Origin: a virus
Virus record (IMG/VR): IMGVR_UViG_3300025138_000035
Span: 622 to 64,621 of that record
Direction: 5' to 3' (one strand)
DNA length: 64,000 bases
Positions 47,601 through 57,800 of this stretch are shown one piece after another. The notes beneath the pieces were generated by a model. That model had not been told where the DNA came from. It did not search any database and saw nothing but the letters and a program-made list of their open reading frames with translations. The translations under genes were made by a program, and so were the position numbers. Positions within the stretch are counted from its first letter, which is position 1, and every line of letters starts with the position of its first letter.

Positions 47601-50239
47601 TTGACCCTTTTGCCCCAAGACAAAAGATGAAATTTAATATGTCTATGTTGTTTGGAGCTAGTAGTTATTCCGATAGTAGTACTTATTCCCAAACTGTTTT
47701 TGAGGGTGATTATTTTCCAAATATACCTATTAGTGAGAGTAGTGGAGACCAGTACACACCTGAAAGTCACTACGATGATTTAACATCAAATCTCAGATTT
47801 GATAATAATGGAATTGGAAATTCTAATAGTAATTTATTTTATAAATCTTTTTTGTTTACCCCACCTGTTAACGGGACGACATATGTAAATTGTAGTAATC
47901 AAACCATACCTTTACCGCAACCTCAAGGTACGGTCTCTGGTTTTACAATAGGTTTTAATTTACCGTATGTTACGGGAGACGAGGTAAAATTATCTTTGGA
48001 TGATTCAAATTATATAATAGCTACTGTTAATTCATATGACCCCGCAAACGGAAACATTGAATTAACGTTTAATAGTTCCATATATACCCCTGGAACCTCA
48101 GGTGGTTTTGGTAGTTGGTGTATAACATTAATAAACTCATTTACACCATTTGAGACAACGGCATTTGCATATTATTCTTCATTAGGTATACAATGGGGAA
48201 ATAATTTGGGTACCTTTAATACCTCAGGTAATGGGGATATGGGTAGTTCGGATGGTAAAACAGTTAACTCTACTAACTCAGCTGATGGTACAATTATACC
48301 GTTCGTTCCACCTGGACCATGGGCACCAGATTTACCGCCAGCAGAAGGGTCAGGCGTACAACCTAATTATGTATATTCAATAAGTAATACTAATGCTACG
48401 AAAAACGGTCAGGGACGTATTGATGGTGCATCATACCAATGGACGAATAAGTCCCCAAACTCAGCTTTAAACGTCAATACTGACCGTGGATATACTATCG
48501 CGCCGTCATATTGGTTAGATGAGGACCCATTAGTTCCTGATTTAAATACTCCAACCATCGAGATGAATGATAGGACACAATTAATATTTAGGTCTGATAG
48601 ATTACCTACTTCATCGTATAGGGATACGGGCCTTGACGCAACTTTAAGAACTTACCAAGACTTTCCGTTTATGTTAAATGAAACATTTTCTCTTTGGATG
48701 GTTGGAGATAGCGGACAAAGTACTTTAGTTGGTGGTAGTGGAGGTGGGACCGTTTCTAACGATAGTTCAGGTGGTTTAGGTGATTTAGAAGCTGACCCAG
48801 ACTCCTCAGGGCTACCTGATGTATTACAAACTTTTACATGTGATGGGTTGGTTGTTCTTAGATGCTATACCGGTGATGGGGATGATTTTGGAGTAAACCC
48901 AGATTGTAGTGAATTTGATAGAATACAAGGTGGTTGTTATGTTTTTGTTGACAATCCCCTTATTTTTAGTTTGTTTGGAAAAAAAGGAGATTTCGCCTAC
49001 CTTGTTGAGTGGAGAACTAGAATTAAATTTATGTTTGCTGCATGTCGAGGGGTAATCGCCCATTCGTTTCAAAACAATTGGATTAACGGAACTCTATATA
49101 TGCCATCATTTCAAAAAAGAACTTTTTATAATAGTGACAATGAAGTAAAACGTTATAAGTATTGTGGTGACCCACAGAGTGGTGAGGGCGGATTATTTTC
49201 AGTAGATAAGAAGAATTGTGGTCCACTTTATTTTAATACGGATACTAATTCATTCTTTTATAGGTCTGCACCCTTTTATAATGGTAATTTTGTACCATCA
49301 AAAAAATGTAACTACGGGGCTTTTGGTGGGTTATCTACGATAGGTGCTAATGACGGTAATATTTTTCAACCAACAACAATAATGGATTTAGGTCCAAAAA
49401 CTGATTTCTTAAAAGAAATTTTATTAACTCCTGAGTTCCAAGGGTATATTGTGGATGAAATTGAAACAACATCATATCAAGACATATCGGGATTATTAAA
49501 TTTATTTATTATCTCAAGATTAATTAGTACGTCATTTATTGAAAAAATACTAGGTGCGGAAGATGCGTCTGTACAGACATTATTTTCAAGAGATGGTGGT
49601 ATTATTAATCAGTTCACTGATTCTAGAATCGATGGAGATTACGCACAAATGATTTCAATTAATACTGAGTTTGGAGTACTCCCTTATCTATCCGGAAACT
49701 ATGCGGATAGTATTTCAGTTAATGATAGTTTAATGGGTATATGGTTTACGGGTAGTACTAAAAGTATATATAATACAATTGGTAGTACAGTTGAAGATAG
49801 AAGGGTATTAGGACCAGGTCAATTAACTTTTAATGAGCCAACGGCTTTAAACCCCCTAAGTCCGTTTTTAACAAGTAATTTTAAATACCCTGGTAGTCAA
49901 ATTATACCACATTATGGGTGGAAATATCAGAATGGTAGTAGTGTTTGGGGTACCGAGCAAAATACATGGAAAACAGACAACGCGATAACTGCGAAATACC
50001 AAGATGAGACATTTGATGGGGCTAATGACTATCCAAAACCCGCTAGTGGACTTGGGACGGGATTCTTATTTAATCGACCATTAGGTATCTTTACGGGTAC
50101 TCCACCACCAGATGGTGATTCTGGTAACGGGTATCGTGTTGGTTCACCATTTCAAAATTACTTTGGATTGAAAAAAGGTAAAAGTGCGATGAATTTGTTC
50201 ATAACTAAATATATGTTTAATGCTGACTTAAATGGGTAA
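44693..50239 (+). CDS. Giant baseplate-associated protein (1848 aa) with N-terminal prealbumin-like fold and internal hydrophobic segment
   Basis: GVVVGRV...IPNAHISIF...TNASGDFMIVGVP; TATTTAT at 44672-44678; follows gp6-like gene. Confidence 0.55.
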   Translation: MPKSIRIRTEPGVDRNINVKIDQDFDSLEILSLKLRQEDLYTQFCADYGVVVGRVIANGGLGIPNAHISIFIPLDSVDEEDPIISTLYPYKTPTAKNEDGYRYNLLPYEDEYYGHNATGTFPTVDDVLTRKEVLQVYEKYYKYSVRTNASGDFMIVGVPLGSQKIVMDLDLSNMGEFSLRPSDLIRMGRGVKSQFNGQLFKDSENIDSLPQIVHEIKDIDVSSFWGQDEMCDVGITRVDFDLSNQGIEILPHSVFMGSITSSNDDEYIKATCRPKKDTGNLCDMVAGPGEILAIRHTIEEDVNGDPVLEQYQLEDGGNVIDDNGAWLIDLPMNLDYITTNEFGERVISADPTIGVPTKSKYRFKVKWQNEAGLQTQIMRANYLIPNIKEHWTGTTSPGDNYGTNPINRNKSYSFSLDWGDYYDKDAAIKCEDTFYQFGFNKVYTTAAHIDRWKYGINRASHYGIKEILDKSCASENNRFPTNDGQRNFDLIYFLFNILLNIISPVIFVILPIMHVLALLYPVFRVLINFVLKIVNVIIFFICKIVASIPFTKLKRSQCKKETIAELPKDNPFKRLTLPMITYPDCEACNCSEINLPPAESDTLEDLNVALANNNDSILADFVSIGAYEPPIKCSGSSQLPNGNTIPDSGTDSQICYYCYNNNSHPDTLAGANYNTVLFSGYDPDAEITGDGAGNLTQPSNKWYKSPFAVVDSANTSPYQRTAYHVTLPQAVNLMNQRERYFEQIEDVNNPGNFINNMTPNRMLVDLINDQFASNGVVPPPPSPGVNRYEDMPLIMVTDSQVNMDNGQLLSFVDPELVPDENVNNTGLTVNQYGYQSIEGTMTYNPSNYVQVPSAIEYIDPNGNTQNVDMDFYSPVSGLSYNFKTGLEYHQVIGSMTIGEAFDIMTGNSNNTIYINQSILWNYMIGKVNQLPCGYPIPAPFGGKQVIQSLSWTEYFSEYKSLKIYFMAKGVDPFAPRQKMKFNMSMLFGASSYSDSSTYSQTVFEGDYFPNIPISESSGDQYTPESHYDDLTSNLRFDNNGIGNSNSNLFYKSFLFTPPVNGTTYVNCSNQTIPLPQPQGTVSGFTIGFNLPYVTGDEVKLSLDDSNYIIATVNSYDPANGNIELTFNSSIYTPGTSGGFGSWCITLINSFTPFETTAFAYYSSLGIQWGNNLGTFNTSGNGDMGSSDGKTVNSTNSADGTIIPFVPPGPWAPDLPPAEGSGVQPNYVYSISNTNATKNGQGRIDGASYQWTNKSPNSALNVNTDRGYTIAPSYWLDEDPLVPDLNTPTIEMNDRTQLIFRSDRLPTSSYRDTGLDATLRTYQDFPFMLNETFSLWMVGDSGQSTLVGGSGGGTVSNDSSGGLGDLEADPDSSGLPDVLQTFTCDGLVVLRCYTGDGDDFGVNPDCSEFDRIQGGCYVFVDNPLIFSLFGKKGDFAYLVEWRTRIKFMFAACRGVIAHSFQNNWINGTLYMPSFQKRTFYNSDNEVKRYKYCGDPQSGEGGLFSVDKKNCGPLYFNTDTNSFFYRSAPFYNGNFVPSKKCNYGAFGGLSTIGANDGNIFQPTTIMDLGPKTDFLKEILLTPEFQGYIVDEIETTSYQDISGLLNLFIISRLISTSFIEKILGAEDASVQTLFSRDGGIINQFTDSRIDGDYAQMISINTEFGVLPYLSGNYADSISVNDSLMGIWFTGSTKSIYNTIGSTVEDRRVLGPGQLTFNEPTALNPLSPFLTSNFKYPGSQIIPHYGWKYQNGSSVWGTEQNTWKTDNAITAKYQDETFDGANDYPKPASGLGTGFLFNRPLGIFTGTPPPDGDSGNGYRVGSPFQNYFGLKKGKSAMNLFITKYMFNADLNG

Positions 50240-51980
50240 TCAAAAAAATAATCAAACAATAAGGATTGTTAGGGGTTCTGACAGATACGCAGGTGCTCCT
50301 GATACGGACTTATCTATTCAAGTACCTATAGAGAATACCAAAAAAAGTATTATCGAAGGTGATAGAACTGTATTATTAAATTTAGAGGAAAGATTTGACC
50401 ACGAAAGACAAATATCGACCAAGTTTAGAGTAGCGGGAAAAATAGTTAATCTGTTTGATAATATCGTTTCAGGTAAAACAAATAACTATCAACCGTTTGA
50501 GGATGAATTATATTTAATTGACCCTACTAAGACTGTAGTGGATGCGTTAGGAGATTTAAACGCTTGTGACTGGACAGGTTACCCACCGTATGATGAATTT
50601 AATTTTTTTAGAGTAAGTGCGGTCCCTGGACATATTATATATAGAAGTAAAAGTGCTTCAACTTATAATTGGTCCACCTATCTAACGTATCCACATAGTA
50701 ACGATTATAATCAAATAATGACATATACTGATGAGGAAAGTGGTACCAATATATCATTTCAAGTTTCTGAAGGTATACCCTATACAATTAAAAACCGAGT
50801 GGTGAACGGTAAGAATATGTTAAGCTTTTATTGTGGTTATAAACATAATATAAAACAGGGGGATTACATTTATTTAAGTACGCCAATAAATGGCAGTAAC
50901 CTTCTTGAGGTTTATAGTTTAGGTGACCAAGCATATGGAAATGACGATAAAATTCTTAATGTATATAACTATGGTTTTACTGGAGTAACAATTAGTGACG
51001 GATATATGTCAAATTTAAAACGTGTTATAAACCCTAAAAATTCAGGAGAAACAATGTCTAAGTATTATGTTAGAAAACATAAAACTTTAACGGATGTTTC
51101 AAATGTGGATTTAACTAAAATGGGGTTTGAACAAAATAATTTCCCTATTAATAAAAAATTAGAATATTCTGCATTAACTCCTAATGAAGTTTCAAGAATA
51201 TCTATTAAAGATGGTAGGGGAACATTCGGAGTATCTTTTGATAAGGATATTGATATAATTTCTTTAATGGATAATTTAGACCGACCTGTAACTGAATTAT
51301 TTATAACGATTATTAATAAAGGTTATATTGGTTACTTTAATAAACCACCTGCAACTCACCCAACTAAAGGATTAGAAGTTGGATGGAGTTTTAATTTTTT
51401 AGAAAATAGTGTGGATGATTGGTGGTCTAAAATAAATGGTAATAATAAAGATAATATTGATGTTGATTTTTATGATAGGACAGGTGATAACGGATTAAAT
51501 ATTAGATTTTATTATAATAAAGATTTACCTATCGGTACTGAATTGAAAGGTGATATTTGTGAATGGAATGAATTTGACCAAAAAGAAACTGTGCTTTCAC
51601 CGATATCACATAAATTTTCATTTAATTCTGATGTTTTTACAACTAATGCGGATATTAATTTACCTGATGGTTATACGTATAACCCACACCATTCAGTAAA
51701 ATTAAGAGTGTATTCCGATTATATTGAGGTGGGCGATAAAAATGATGTAAGTGGTGTACCGGACTACTCATTCTTTTCAAACTATGAGCAACAATGGAGA
51801 TGGAGAGACATATACTCTTACGGTTTTGTTGATTCAAGTGGTAACGGTGTCAATTATCCATTTTTAAACGGAGAACACTACCCATTTGGTGAGGTACTAT
51901 TCTTACAAACGCCACTAATGAAAAATAATAACGTTTTCAATAACATAATCTTTCAACCAATAATAGATAATTGTGAATAA
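50232..51980 (+). CDS. Baseplate/tail structural protein
   Basis: Overlap-coupled within the structural operon; beta-rich. Confidence 0.5.
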   Translation: MGNQKNNQTIRIVRGSDRYAGAPDTDLSIQVPIENTKKSIIEGDRTVLLNLEERFDHERQISTKFRVAGKIVNLFDNIVSGKTNNYQPFEDELYLIDPTKTVVDALGDLNACDWTGYPPYDEFNFFRVSAVPGHIIYRSKSASTYNWSTYLTYPHSNDYNQIMTYTDEESGTNISFQVSEGIPYTIKNRVVNGKNMLSFYCGYKHNIKQGDYIYLSTPINGSNLLEVYSLGDQAYGNDDKILNVYNYGFTGVTISDGYMSNLKRVINPKNSGETMSKYYVRKHKTLTDVSNVDLTKMGFEQNNFPINKKLEYSALTPNEVSRISIKDGRGTFGVSFDKDIDIISLMDNLDRPVTELFITIINKGYIGYFNKPPATHPTKGLEVGWSFNFLENSVDDWWSKINGNNKDNIDVDFYDRTGDNGLNIRFYYNKDLPIGTELKGDICEWNEFDQKETVLSPISHKFSFNSDVFTTNADINLPDGYTYNPHHSVKLRVYSDYIEVGDKNDVSGVPDYSFFSNYEQQWRWRDIYSYGFVDSSGNGVNYPFLNGEHYPFGEVLFLQTPLMKNNNVFNNIIFQPIIDNCE

Positions 51981-52836
51981 ATTTAGATTTACCGTTAATA
52001 ATGGAGATACGTTTATAAATCTTCCGATGGAAATTGACTTTGATAATTTCGGTAGGGAAGATTTAATTAAGCAGTATGAAAACGATGTGCTTGAGGAAAT
52101 CATTAATCCTGTGGAGGATTTTGAGACTACTAGATATTCACATACTCAGTGGTTAACGGTTAATGGTGAACCTAAAACTAGTACGACTTATGAGTTTTTC
52201 TTTTTTAATAGGGAAATAGACGTTAATAATACTACACCAGCAAATACTAGTATGTGGGATTCAAGTTACAATTATGTGGACCCCTCAGTTTATCAAACAT
52301 ATAGTGGAATTTCGTTTACTAATAAAGAAATGTATTACTACGCTAACTCATTTAAAAGAAGCTTTTTTAAGTTGGACTTTTATGATTCTAAACAACCTGA
52401 AAATCAAAGATTATATTTCACATTGGTAATACCTACTCAACAAGGTGAAAAACAAGAAGTTGAAATTGGAACGCCATCAGTACCTAAACCTGTTATAATA
52501 AGGACCCCTACATTTAATTTAGATTTTATAGGTGATAAAGAAGGATATTTTATCTATTGGTTAAAAAGTAGAGAATATATTGATGTTAATACATTTTATA
52601 TGTCAGCCAAATTTTTTAATGCTAAAACAGGTCAATTCGTAAGAATGATTAATCGACCACAATCTGAAATGAGTGAAAAGTTTAAATTTAATAAAACTGA
52701 ATACTTTTATTATCAGGTTGATTTAACTGTAGATAATTATCAATATCAAGTGTTTCAGGGGTATGGTTCACCACCAAACCGTGTGGGACAACTTACGAAC
52801 GGTATAAAATGGTATGAATATGTTAATCCACAATAA
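51973..52836 (+). CDS. Structural protein, function unknown
   Basis: Overlap-coupled within the structural operon. Confidence 0.5.
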   Translation: MNKFRFTVNNGDTFINLPMEIDFDNFGREDLIKQYENDVLEEIINPVEDFETTRYSHTQWLTVNGEPKTSTTYEFFFFNREIDVNNTTPANTSMWDSSYNYVDPSVYQTYSGISFTNKEMYYYANSFKRSFFKLDFYDSKQPENQRLYFTLVIPTQQGEKQEVEIGTPSVPKPVIIRTPTFNLDFIGDKEGYFIYWLKSREYIDVNTFYMSAKFFNAKTGQFVRMINRPQSEMSEKFKFNKTEYFYYQVDLTVDNYQYQVFQGYGSPPNRVGQLTNGIKWYEYVNPQ

Positions 52837-53918
52837 TGGAAGAGAAATACTACATAAAGATTTCACCCGAATCAATAAAAGGTGACGTAATTACTGAATA
52901 CTTTAGTGGAAACACTTTTGGGGTATATACTGGAATGACTCAAATATTAAGTGGGGGTACGAATGGTAGTAGTTTACTAACGGGACTAACTGTACCAATA
53001 GTATTTAGACAAACATATGAAAACTACGGTTTTTATACACCATTTGATGGATTTGCATTACAACAAGATGTTGTATCTAATTTTATAACATCGGGTGACC
53101 CGTCTAATCAAAATACGATTAGGTTGTTTAACACATCTGACGAGTTTAAAGGATTTTTAAAGTTGTCTGACTATGTTGTCGATTGGGGGGATGGTTTTAA
53201 CGAACCACTAACTTCAAACGCACCTCAGTATTTATCACACACTTACCCTAACGTAACCAGTAGTTATGTTATAACATTGACTCAAAATAACCCATGGGGT
53301 CAAACAATAGTTGAGAAAACGGTTTATATTCCAACAACAGGGGTAACAATAACTAATCCTTACGGTAATGTTACATTTACTCCTCAAGGAGGTAGTTGGT
53401 CAGGAATACCTATTAGTTATGATTATATTTTTACGGGAGATAGTTCTAATACTGTACAAAGTCAAACATCTAATAATTTCACTACAGTACCATTTATACT
53501 AAGTGGGTTTAGTTCTTCAAGGTTATCTGAACTTAAATTATACGGAAATACTCAATTTGATATAACAACAACAGTGGTTAAGGGAGGTCAACCTTTTGGT
53601 AAGGTGGACCAAATAACGAGTGGTTATACCTCTTATACAATTAATAATGTTCAATACTATGATTACTTAGATGGTACCACATTATATATCGCCGAATCTT
53701 CAGGTTTAACAAGCAATGAGTTAGTTGCATCAGCAATTACTAAACAAGAAGTATTAATTAACGTAGTTGACTCGCCAGAAATACAATCTGAAATATTTAT
53801 AGAGAGAGGTAAGCTTTCAGGGTTTGAATCACTACAAAGACTTGGAGAGGTAGATAACTTAGGTGACATGATATCTTATGGGTATGGTTACTTTACAATA
53901 AACAATAATAACGAGTAA
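52836..53918 (+). CDS. Structural protein with PKD-like domain
   Basis: YVVDWGDG...SHTYPN...YVITLT PKD signature. Confidence 0.6.
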   Translation: MEEKYYIKISPESIKGDVITEYFSGNTFGVYTGMTQILSGGTNGSSLLTGLTVPIVFRQTYENYGFYTPFDGFALQQDVVSNFITSGDPSNQNTIRLFNTSDEFKGFLKLSDYVVDWGDGFNEPLTSNAPQYLSHTYPNVTSSYVITLTQNNPWGQTIVEKTVYIPTTGVTITNPYGNVTFTPQGGSWSGIPISYDYIFTGDSSNTVQSQTSNNFTTVPFILSGFSSSRLSELKLYGNTQFDITTTVVKGGQPFGKVDQITSGYTSYTINNVQYYDYLDGTTLYIAESSGLTSNELVASAITKQEVLINVVDSPEIQSEIFIERGKLSGFESLQRLGEVDNLGDMISYGYGYFTINNNNE

Positions 53919-53922
53919 AAAA

Positions 53923-54831
53923 ATGGCATTAGGAACATACGGAACAGTAAGACCAGCTGACATGTCTCCACAGGATGTGGAGATAATTTTAAATTATACT
54001 CCATCAAGAGACGTTACAACAAACTTTGTTTTAACAAAATTGAACGCCGAAGACGTTTTAACACCTTATTTCCATAGTTCAACGACAGGAGGTAATGCAG
54101 ATGTTGAAATATTAGGTGGTTTATATAATTTAAAACTTCCAGCTGAAGAATTTAATAAAATAGGGATATATACATTATACATTAGACCCGTAGAAATCAG
54201 AACTACGATTACTGATTGTGGGGTATTATCATCATTACCAAACGTTAAAGGTATAATAATCGATTTAAATGGGGTACCTCAGGAATATAGAAATAGATTT
54301 ATCAATCAAGGGTTAATAGGTTACCGTATTGAATATTTAAATAGCGACGGCACTAAAATACCTAATTTTTATAGGGTTGTTACTTCATCATTTTACTGTG
54401 AGCCTGTAGTAACTAATTTAAGTAATAGTTCACAGAAAGCAATTAGGTATAGATATGTAGATGGAGGTAGTGATTTAATTTTTTGTACGGTCTCACCATC
54501 AAGTGCACCATCTAATAAAGCTAATGCAACACCATTTATTGGTCAACCTAATCAAAATATTGTAATGACTAATACATTCTTTAACCCTATAAGTATCGAT
54601 GTTGAATTAGCGGAACATGATATAGATACTTTGGCTATCGCTCTTTACGGTAATCAAACTAAGAGTATGGAGGACGGTATTTACACGATGTACGATAGTA
54701 ATCTTAATATCTACAAACAATACAATCTGTATGAGATTAGAGATGAGTTTAATGACTTACTATATGAAGTTAGACAAGATAGGGACAATAATATTGATTT
54801 CAGTAAGAATTTTAACAATATAACCAATTAA
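53923..54831 (+). CDS. Structural protein, function unknown
   Basis: Within the structural operon. Confidence 0.5.
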   Translation: MALGTYGTVRPADMSPQDVEIILNYTPSRDVTTNFVLTKLNAEDVLTPYFHSSTTGGNADVEILGGLYNLKLPAEEFNKIGIYTLYIRPVEIRTTITDCGVLSSLPNVKGIIIDLNGVPQEYRNRFINQGLIGYRIEYLNSDGTKIPNFYRVVTSSFYCEPVVTNLSNSSQKAIRYRYVDGGSDLIFCTVSPSSAPSNKANATPFIGQPNQNIVMTNTFFNPISIDVELAEHDIDTLAIALYGNQTKSMEDGIYTMYDSNLNIYKQYNLYEIRDEFNDLLYEVRQDRDNNIDFSKNFNNITN

Positions 54832-54833
54832 AT

Positions 54834-57800
54834 ATGGCTACAAATAACAATAATAAAAAGTATTTTTATCCTCCAGCACCTCCGAGTGCTGACCAATCAT
54901 TTTCACCTGATTTAGTTGGGCTTCAAGTGGTTGAGGGCGGTGGACTAACTCAAGGTAATTTTGAGTTTTCTACTAATATTGTTGAAAAAGTTAATAGGAC
55001 GTTTGAGACCGGTGTTTTTAGTAATCCAATTTCATTAAAAGACCTTGATGTTAGTAGTATTGAAGAATCTCGAGCAATTGCAATAAAAAATTATAGAGTT
55101 TACCCAAACTACGATATAAGTCAGGTAACTAACTATGCACTTTATGGGTCATTACAGAAAAGATTATCTGCTTCTATTACTAAAATAATCAATTTTTTTC
55201 CTGCTTCAATACAAGTTAATAAAGTTACGTTTCCATCATATGTTAGTGCTAATACCGCGAATAATATAACTTTTGATAGTGTTGAACAATTAACGACATT
55301 TACTATGGATGTTAATAGGTTTGATAATCCTTTTGATATTGATTATTCGGTAAACGCCGCTCGTAATGTTTCTGTGAGACCATATCCTACCAGTCCGTTA
55401 AGGGATATGACGACCAATTATAACAAATACGCTTTATATGTTAATGACATGGAGATTGAGTACCCATTTGTTAACTTTATTGCATCACAAAATGTTTCAG
55501 GTGGTACAATTACTGTGAGTGTTCAGGGTAATCCGTTTAGTGGATTAACTGCCTCTACTGATACTTTAATATTAAGGCCAAATACATTTCAAACGGAGTT
55601 CACATTTAAAGAAGCGTTTGATGAGGTTGAAGACTTTTTACTAACCCGATTTAGTAATCCTCCTTATACTGCAATATTTGATTTAGTGGAGGAAAATGAT
55701 AATGGTCAATTTATTAAACGTAAAAAAAGAGTTACTTGGCCTAAATTTGGAGTATGGAACTTAGATATTCAGACAAATAACTTTGATAATTACCTTACAG
55801 AGATTAGTGAAATTGGTGAAGTTATCGATAGGTATAAAACTGATTTAATTGTTAGATTCTTAACGACAGGGGCATTCAAAGACTTTGATACCGGAGATAA
55901 GAAAGTTGAAAAAGTATTACAATTATATGGTAGAAGTTTTGATGAATCTAAAAAATTCATAGACGCATTATCATTTATGAATTCAGTACATTACACGCCT
56001 CAAAATGATATACCTTCTGAGTTATTACAAAATTTAGCTCAGACCTTAGGATGGAATACCGACATATCTCCAATTACTAATGAAGATTTTTTAACTTCTA
56101 TCTTTGGTTCTAAAAATAAGTCCATTTATTCTGGATTTCAAAATGACCCAACACCAAATCAGTTAAATTATCAGTTTTATCAAAATTTAATACTTAATTC
56201 GGCGTATTTGTTTAAATCGAAAGGTACTCGACACTCTATTGAGGCTATTATGAGGATGGTAGGGGCACCTAAAGATTTAATTGAATTTAATGAAATAGTA
56301 TACATTGCTGATGGTCCAATAAATGTAAAAAGATTCGAAGGTGAGTACTTAAAAATGTCAGGTGGTACAAAAGTAGATGATGTACCAGCTTTAGACCCAA
56401 ACGTAGTTTATAATATACAAGGTACAACATATACAGGTTTTACCACATCAAAATACGTTAGTCAAACAGATGCCACAAGAGCGGATTACCCGATAAATGA
56501 GTATGGGTATCCAAAAAGGCCTGTAACAAATAACGAATATTTCTTTGAAAAAGGAGCTGGTTGGTATATTGAGACACCTGACCATAGAGCGATTGAAAAA
56601 CTTGATATTACAAATTCAACATTTACTGGTGCAAACCCTAGTATTCAGACCTCTTTAGAGACTTTTACTTATGGTCAAAAATATTTTGATAGATTTAGAA
56701 AATTTCCATATATGAATATTGGTTTTGGTCTAACTAGAACAATAGATAATAATAAGTCGTGGGATGATAGAGAAACGGGTGTGAGAAGAAACCGTGATGG
56801 AGCATACAACGCATATTATGAAGTATTTGATGAAAAATTGGTACTTAACGCCAAAAATGTTGAGTTATATTTAAACATGGCTCAAGGTATTACTTATGAT
56901 ATATGGAGAATGTCAAGACGTTATAATTACCCTTTTCCATCCTCAGGGTTAACATCACCTTACCCATCACCTGGAGGTCAAGATTGGACAATTATTAATC
57001 CGTTACCTAAAGAAAAAACATTTTTTGAGTTTGCTCAAACTTTTTACAATACACTAATCAATGTAAGAAACCGACAGACAATTAGCGATGGTGCAGTAAA
57101 CAGTTATCCGACACTACAATCGATATATTGGAAATACTTACAATCCGATTCTGCGGTAAACATACCGTCAAATCAATATACCTACCAAAAGATGATTGAT
57201 TTTACTTTAGGTATTGGTGACTATTGGACGAAACTGGTAGAACAAATGATTCCCGCTTCAACAATATGGATGGGTGGTCAAAAAATGGTAAATAATGTTT
57301 TACAAAGACAAAAACATGTTTGGAGAAGACAACGAGGATGCCAACTTATCCCTGTTGAGTGTATACCTTGTATTTACTACGGTAAGTTATTTGATAACGA
57401 TTGTATTGATGAAACACTGACGTGTGATGTTAATATAAGTTCTATACCAACTATATTAAATAATAGTATTAATAGTTGTATAAATAAATCAGGTTATACG
57501 ATTAATGATTGTATACAAAATACTTTAACTAGTACGTGGTATGTTGATGTAAGGTTGGATTCTACAATTTTAGTACAGGAAATATTTTATACGGGATATG
57601 GCGCACAAGATTATCCAACATTTTCTATGTGGATTAACGCATTGAATGATAAGTTACAGTATTTATATCAAAGTGGTTTAAACTATACTATAGATAGTAA
57701 TAATATTTTGACAGTAAGTAATACGGGGTGTGACCCTGAATTCACCGATAAAACTCTAACAGTAAATGTTGGGGTAAACATACAAATTAATTGTAGTTAA
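54834..57800 (+). CDS. Baseplate wedge protein (gp7/P2 gpI-like core)
   Basis: LLQNLAQTLGW...AYLFKSKGTRHSIEAIMRMVG. Confidence 0.6.
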   Translation: MATNNNNKKYFYPPAPPSADQSFSPDLVGLQVVEGGGLTQGNFEFSTNIVEKVNRTFETGVFSNPISLKDLDVSSIEESRAIAIKNYRVYPNYDISQVTNYALYGSLQKRLSASITKIINFFPASIQVNKVTFPSYVSANTANNITFDSVEQLTTFTMDVNRFDNPFDIDYSVNAARNVSVRPYPTSPLRDMTTNYNKYALYVNDMEIEYPFVNFIASQNVSGGTITVSVQGNPFSGLTASTDTLILRPNTFQTEFTFKEAFDEVEDFLLTRFSNPPYTAIFDLVEENDNGQFIKRKKRVTWPKFGVWNLDIQTNNFDNYLTEISEIGEVIDRYKTDLIVRFLTTGAFKDFDTGDKKVEKVLQLYGRSFDESKKFIDALSFMNSVHYTPQNDIPSELLQNLAQTLGWNTDISPITNEDFLTSIFGSKNKSIYSGFQNDPTPNQLNYQFYQNLILNSAYLFKSKGTRHSIEAIMRMVGAPKDLIEFNEIVYIADGPINVKRFEGEYLKMSGGTKVDDVPALDPNVVYNIQGTTYTGFTTSKYVSQTDATRADYPINEYGYPKRPVTNNEYFFEKGAGWYIETPDHRAIEKLDITNSTFTGANPSIQTSLETFTYGQKYFDRFRKFPYMNIGFGLTRTIDNNKSWDDRETGVRRNRDGAYNAYYEVFDEKLVLNAKNVELYLNMAQGITYDIWRMSRRYNYPFPSSGLTSPYPSPGGQDWTIINPLPKEKTFFEFAQTFYNTLINVRNRQTISDGAVNSYPTLQSIYWKYLQSDSAVNIPSNQYTYQKMIDFTLGIGDYWTKLVEQMIPASTIWMGGQKMVNNVLQRQKHVWRRQRGCQLIPVECIPCIYYGKLFDNDCIDETLTCDVNISSIPTILNNSINSCINKSGYTINDCIQNTLTSTWYVDVRLDSTILVQEIFYTGYGAQDYPTFSMWINALNDKLQYLYQSGLNYTIDSNNILTVSNTGCDPEFTDKTLTVNVGVNIQINCS